Assembly (NCBI GenBank): GCA_037147375.1
Contig: JBAWVI010000051.1
Span: forward strand, 1-6,930
Length of the DNA stretch: 6,930 nt
Reading direction: 5' to 3'
Source: an archaeon
GTDB lineage: Archaea; Iainarchaeota; Iainarchaeia; Iainarchaeales; CSSED10-239
Made by a program: the position numbers and the translations under genes. Below the pieces are notes generated by a model. That model ran no database searches, was not told the DNA's origin, and was given only the letters and a program-made list of their open reading frames with translations. This document shows, in pieces, positions 5,301 to 6,930 of the stretch (its first letter is position 1; each line of letters begins with the position of its first letter).

Positions 5301-6930
5301 TTATGATGGAACTATTGCAGGAGACACAACTAAAGATTCTGTAAATCTTGCTCAAGCTAAGAGTGATGAAACAACTTGTTCAGCAAAGATTAGAGATCTT
5401 GAATTACTTGGTGTTCCTATTGGTTGGACTGTTAATTGGACAGGAAAAACATATAGAGCAGGAATGGTTTCTGCAGTTGCTAGTAACATAGCTTACTTTG
5501 TGTTATCAGCTCCAAGTCATCGTATGATGATGGGTATGGTTGTTGGAGATATTGTTCCTCAAATGCTAATTATGCCTGAAATAAATAATTGTGTTGATGA
5601 TGAAGAAGGTTATTACACACATATATTTGTTTCTAAGCAAGAAGCTGAAAGAATTGAAGGAGATCCTAAAAATAAAGTAGGAGATATGGTTTCAAAGGGT
5701 GCTGATGGAGTAACTCAAGCATTATCAGGAGTAACTAGTGGAACAAAGTTGAATGATGTTGTTGCTGCAGGAGCTGCAGAAGTTAAAAATCTTGCAGAAA
5801 CTCAATTAAAGGATAATCCAATTGTTCAAGCAAGATTTGAAACAATTAATAGTACAAGTGGATCTCTTGAAGGTAAGCTTTTCTTCTTTGAGCTTGGTAA
5901 ATTATCTACTTGTAGAGCAAGCGGATATAATGATAAAGGTATTGAAAACTTAATTGATTCTAAAACTAAACAAACTCTTGTAATTGATAAAGAAGCTGGA
6001 GAACTTGCACTTATTGATGAAAACGGAAGCAAGAATATTATAATACCATCAGATAAGAAAGACTTTGTAAGATTAATTGCAACTAACTTAGGTATTCCTG
6101 CTAAGGTTATACCACATAAGATAAGTTACATACCTGTTCCTGATGATAATTCTCCTCTTTTCGTAGTTGATGTTTATGGTAACTTAACTATTGAAAACCA
6201 AGATGTTCTATCTTGTTTAAAATCTAATTATAACGCACAAACAGGACTTACTATGGAAGGATCAGTTCTAACTGATTATCTAGGGCCTGTTAAGATGGTA
6301 ACAACAACAAACCCAATTAATCCAACTACTCAATATGATGCTATACCTAAAGGACTTTCAGGAGCAACAGAGATTGTTGCTGAAGGAACTCCTAGAAAGA
6401 TTGCAGAGGGTAGCGGTGCAAAAGCTGTAGTCATGGGTAATCGTATGACTAGATTAAGCCCTGTTCAAGGAAGAACTGAGATCTTAGGACAAAACATAGC
6501 TATCCAGTTTGAAAGAGGCCAGCTTATTTATAGTGGAGAGAAAAACAGTTACATTTTATGGGTTGAGCAAACAGCAGTTATACACCAAAGTGAGGTTGCT
6601 GACCTTAAAACAAAACTTGTAAAATACACTAATGATCAAGGATGTGAAGAGATAGCACTTAACTTTAAAGTAACTCCTATAGAAGGAAATGGAGATGCTA
6701 AAGTAAAAGCTGATAAAATGAATACTGCCCTTGAAAATGTTGGGCCTTTCCAAATGTTTGATACAGCAACTAAATCATTTATTTTTTATACTACTCCTGC
6801 ACCTGAGTGTGAAAAAAGATTAAAAATAATTGATAAATTAACTGGGCAAGTAATAACTGACCAAGCTATTACAGATATTGTTGAAACTCCTGATGGATTG
6901 ATTACTACGAGACCGCTTGCCCTGTCAATG
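2263..6930 (+). CDS. Giant secreted or surface protein, 5' partial (at least 1556 aa, no stop before the window end); unknown family
   Basis: I translated every line codon by codon. The ATG at 2263 follows an in-frame TAG at 2257..2259, and there is no TAA, TAG or TGA in frame +1 up to 6930. Over the same 4.7 kb the track finds nothing longer than 103 codons in any other frame. Codon usage is the same as in the upstream genes. The N-terminus MKDFDINKIVTVIFLLLFSTSVFA|YNV looks like a Sec signal peptide. A weak GGTGAT-like element (gatgat, 2251..2256) lies 6 nt upstream of the ATG. Confidence 0.95.
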   Translation, partial: MKDFDINKIVTVIFLLLFSTSVFAYNVDYDRLNTGKTSTVTDNEKTIFFADATTPTSTIAEDELDDFGAGCYTETLPKESVEKIWNDILVKGFRIDKLSSNIEADKDRDTLDKNQVLLTDVSTKGGDVVVKRDMPSQIMEPLETPGILGEVCSGPYSYSINLTSTLRVGRCADGNTACYLASDGLFRQNGNQGFFKEITTVGQDMLDMIGVNKVKEFAGEVVNSDLNYETNIDLGMFSEMSAEELADFKQTQLVDANRTEINIEKMNLVMDKAIKNSYKTDTFNASMETTCSGENCYINVYSLFDKVFNQYFSADLVISSASPLLWKAASGIFGGGTGILRKYTGIDNISKKIAGKGKVFSQGGFVDNLLNNRNNPLRAISNATELKTALRDIDSYSRLLAEKQTKNLKRLQRYELEPVMNDYVKVLKDKGQIDNLKKEFFEGGKFAKLSKPQKRIFYEIAQDYQDQIKITRAVVASLQADPLYKSGYGKARAALLEISTDPAGGPTKNMTDFYSRLTKAEYKALEDNTKQINTLSKNWESYTNDQIAWKEGQDKLKSITERRFYIQEPNPNTGVLENKEYLVNKVKPTTQGNPIKITDFPGGAKDAFIPAGAGKGTALDSKNIFSTQDVTVNFADGPMTIKKMVPYMEQADTVRGGAFGHDQLQAFKSMPDIYIEYRQINTGVMKKVRATDLVESDMDPAYSLYNWYPVKLKPADVVKYGYDPVELGTDFTVTADLRFGDMEIVSGKATELMQNQGWVTGKGINYINQKMKAMDVTNFKKSPLNILANPLKAYAYNVGYWQLKSGITHNPLGLDMFSEYSMYRIPDTYTAVIIQPGETGDVYKDAYIDFFANDGSDQGDLFEQYFNSMLFWIVAIAKEGLYNWDVGAAESVSNWIKSFTENQIRRSSVDDIVLLTDAENGGCTSACTVKIGDGTLLEKRTLDSSMLLDANTSRVDDNFISNNPVNVPTIEKLNIVMSVPNGVKTPNYVLENTSSKNLKDEGQTLITFSHHTNYDGTIAGDTTKDSVNLAQAKSDETTCSAKIRDLELLGVPIGWTVNWTGKTYRAGMVSAVASNIAYFVLSAPSHRMMMGMVVGDIVPQMLIMPEINNCVDDEEGYYTHIFVSKQEAERIEGDPKNKVGDMVSKGADGVTQALSGVTSGTKLNDVVAAGAAEVKNLAETQLKDNPIVQARFETINSTSGSLEGKLFFFELGKLSTCRASGYNDKGIENLIDSKTKQTLVIDKEAGELALIDENGSKNIIIPSDKKDFVRLIATNLGIPAKVIPHKISYIPVPDDNSPLFVVDVYGNLTIENQDVLSCLKSNYNAQTGLTMEGSVLTDYLGPVKMVTTTNPINPTTQYDAIPKGLSGATEIVAEGTPRKIAEGSGAKAVVMGNRMTRLSPVQGRTEILGQNIAIQFERGQLIYSGEKNSYILWVEQTAVIHQSEVADLKTKLVKYTNDQGCEEIALNFKVTPIEGNGDAKVKADKMNTALENVGPFQMFDTATKSFIFYTTPAPECEKRLKIIDKLTGQVITDQAITDIVETPDGLITTRPLALSM

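Noticed and set aside
5826-6032. Track ORF on the minus strand, 68 aa, Ser/Leu/Pro-rich
   Set aside because: It is an antisense shadow ORF inside the giant CDS.
6556-6753. Track ORF on the minus strand, 65 aa
   Set aside because: It is an antisense shadow ORF inside the giant CDS.
6906-6930. GC-rich end of the window (tacgagaccgcttgccctgtcaatg) using rare codons ACG, CCG, GCC and CTG. It could be an assembly junction or a foreign segment.
   Set aside because: It is only 25 nt and stays in frame. Comparable short clusters of G/C-ending codons occur elsewhere in the same gene, for example atc cag ttt gaa aga ggc cag at 6502..6522. It is not distinguishable from local fluctuation, so I only suggest checking read support at the contig end.

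Overview
This is an AT-rich window (roughly 30% GC by eye) with compact, prokaryote-style coding on both strands. I saw no rRNA, tRNA, CRISPR array, transposase or long repeat. The main feature is missing from the supplied ORF track. Frame +1 is open from an ATG at 2263 to the last base of the window (6930). That is 1556 codons with no stop, so the ORF was probably dropped only because it runs off the edge. It encodes the N-terminal part of a giant protein that carries a signal peptide, looks non-repetitive by eye, and matches no family I recognise. A 172-aa polytopic membrane protein (1719..2237) lies 25 nt upstream on the same strand. Further upstream are a 276-aa protein with an archaeal-type class III (prepilin-like) signal peptide, KKG|Q plus a hydrophobic helix (89..919), and a divergently transcribed, highly charged protein (937..1623, minus strand). 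The track extends that last ORF to a TTG at 1677, which I think is an over-extension. From the KKG|Q signal, the near absence of Shine-Dalgarno sequences, the TATA-like AT-rich upstream regions and the N/Q/S/T-rich proteins, I infer a mesophilic, small-genome archaeon, possibly DPANN-like. This origin is unproven. The best candidate for something new is a cell-surface module made of the pilin-like protein, the small membrane protein and the giant secreted protein. None of the four proteins can be assigned a function from sequence alone.
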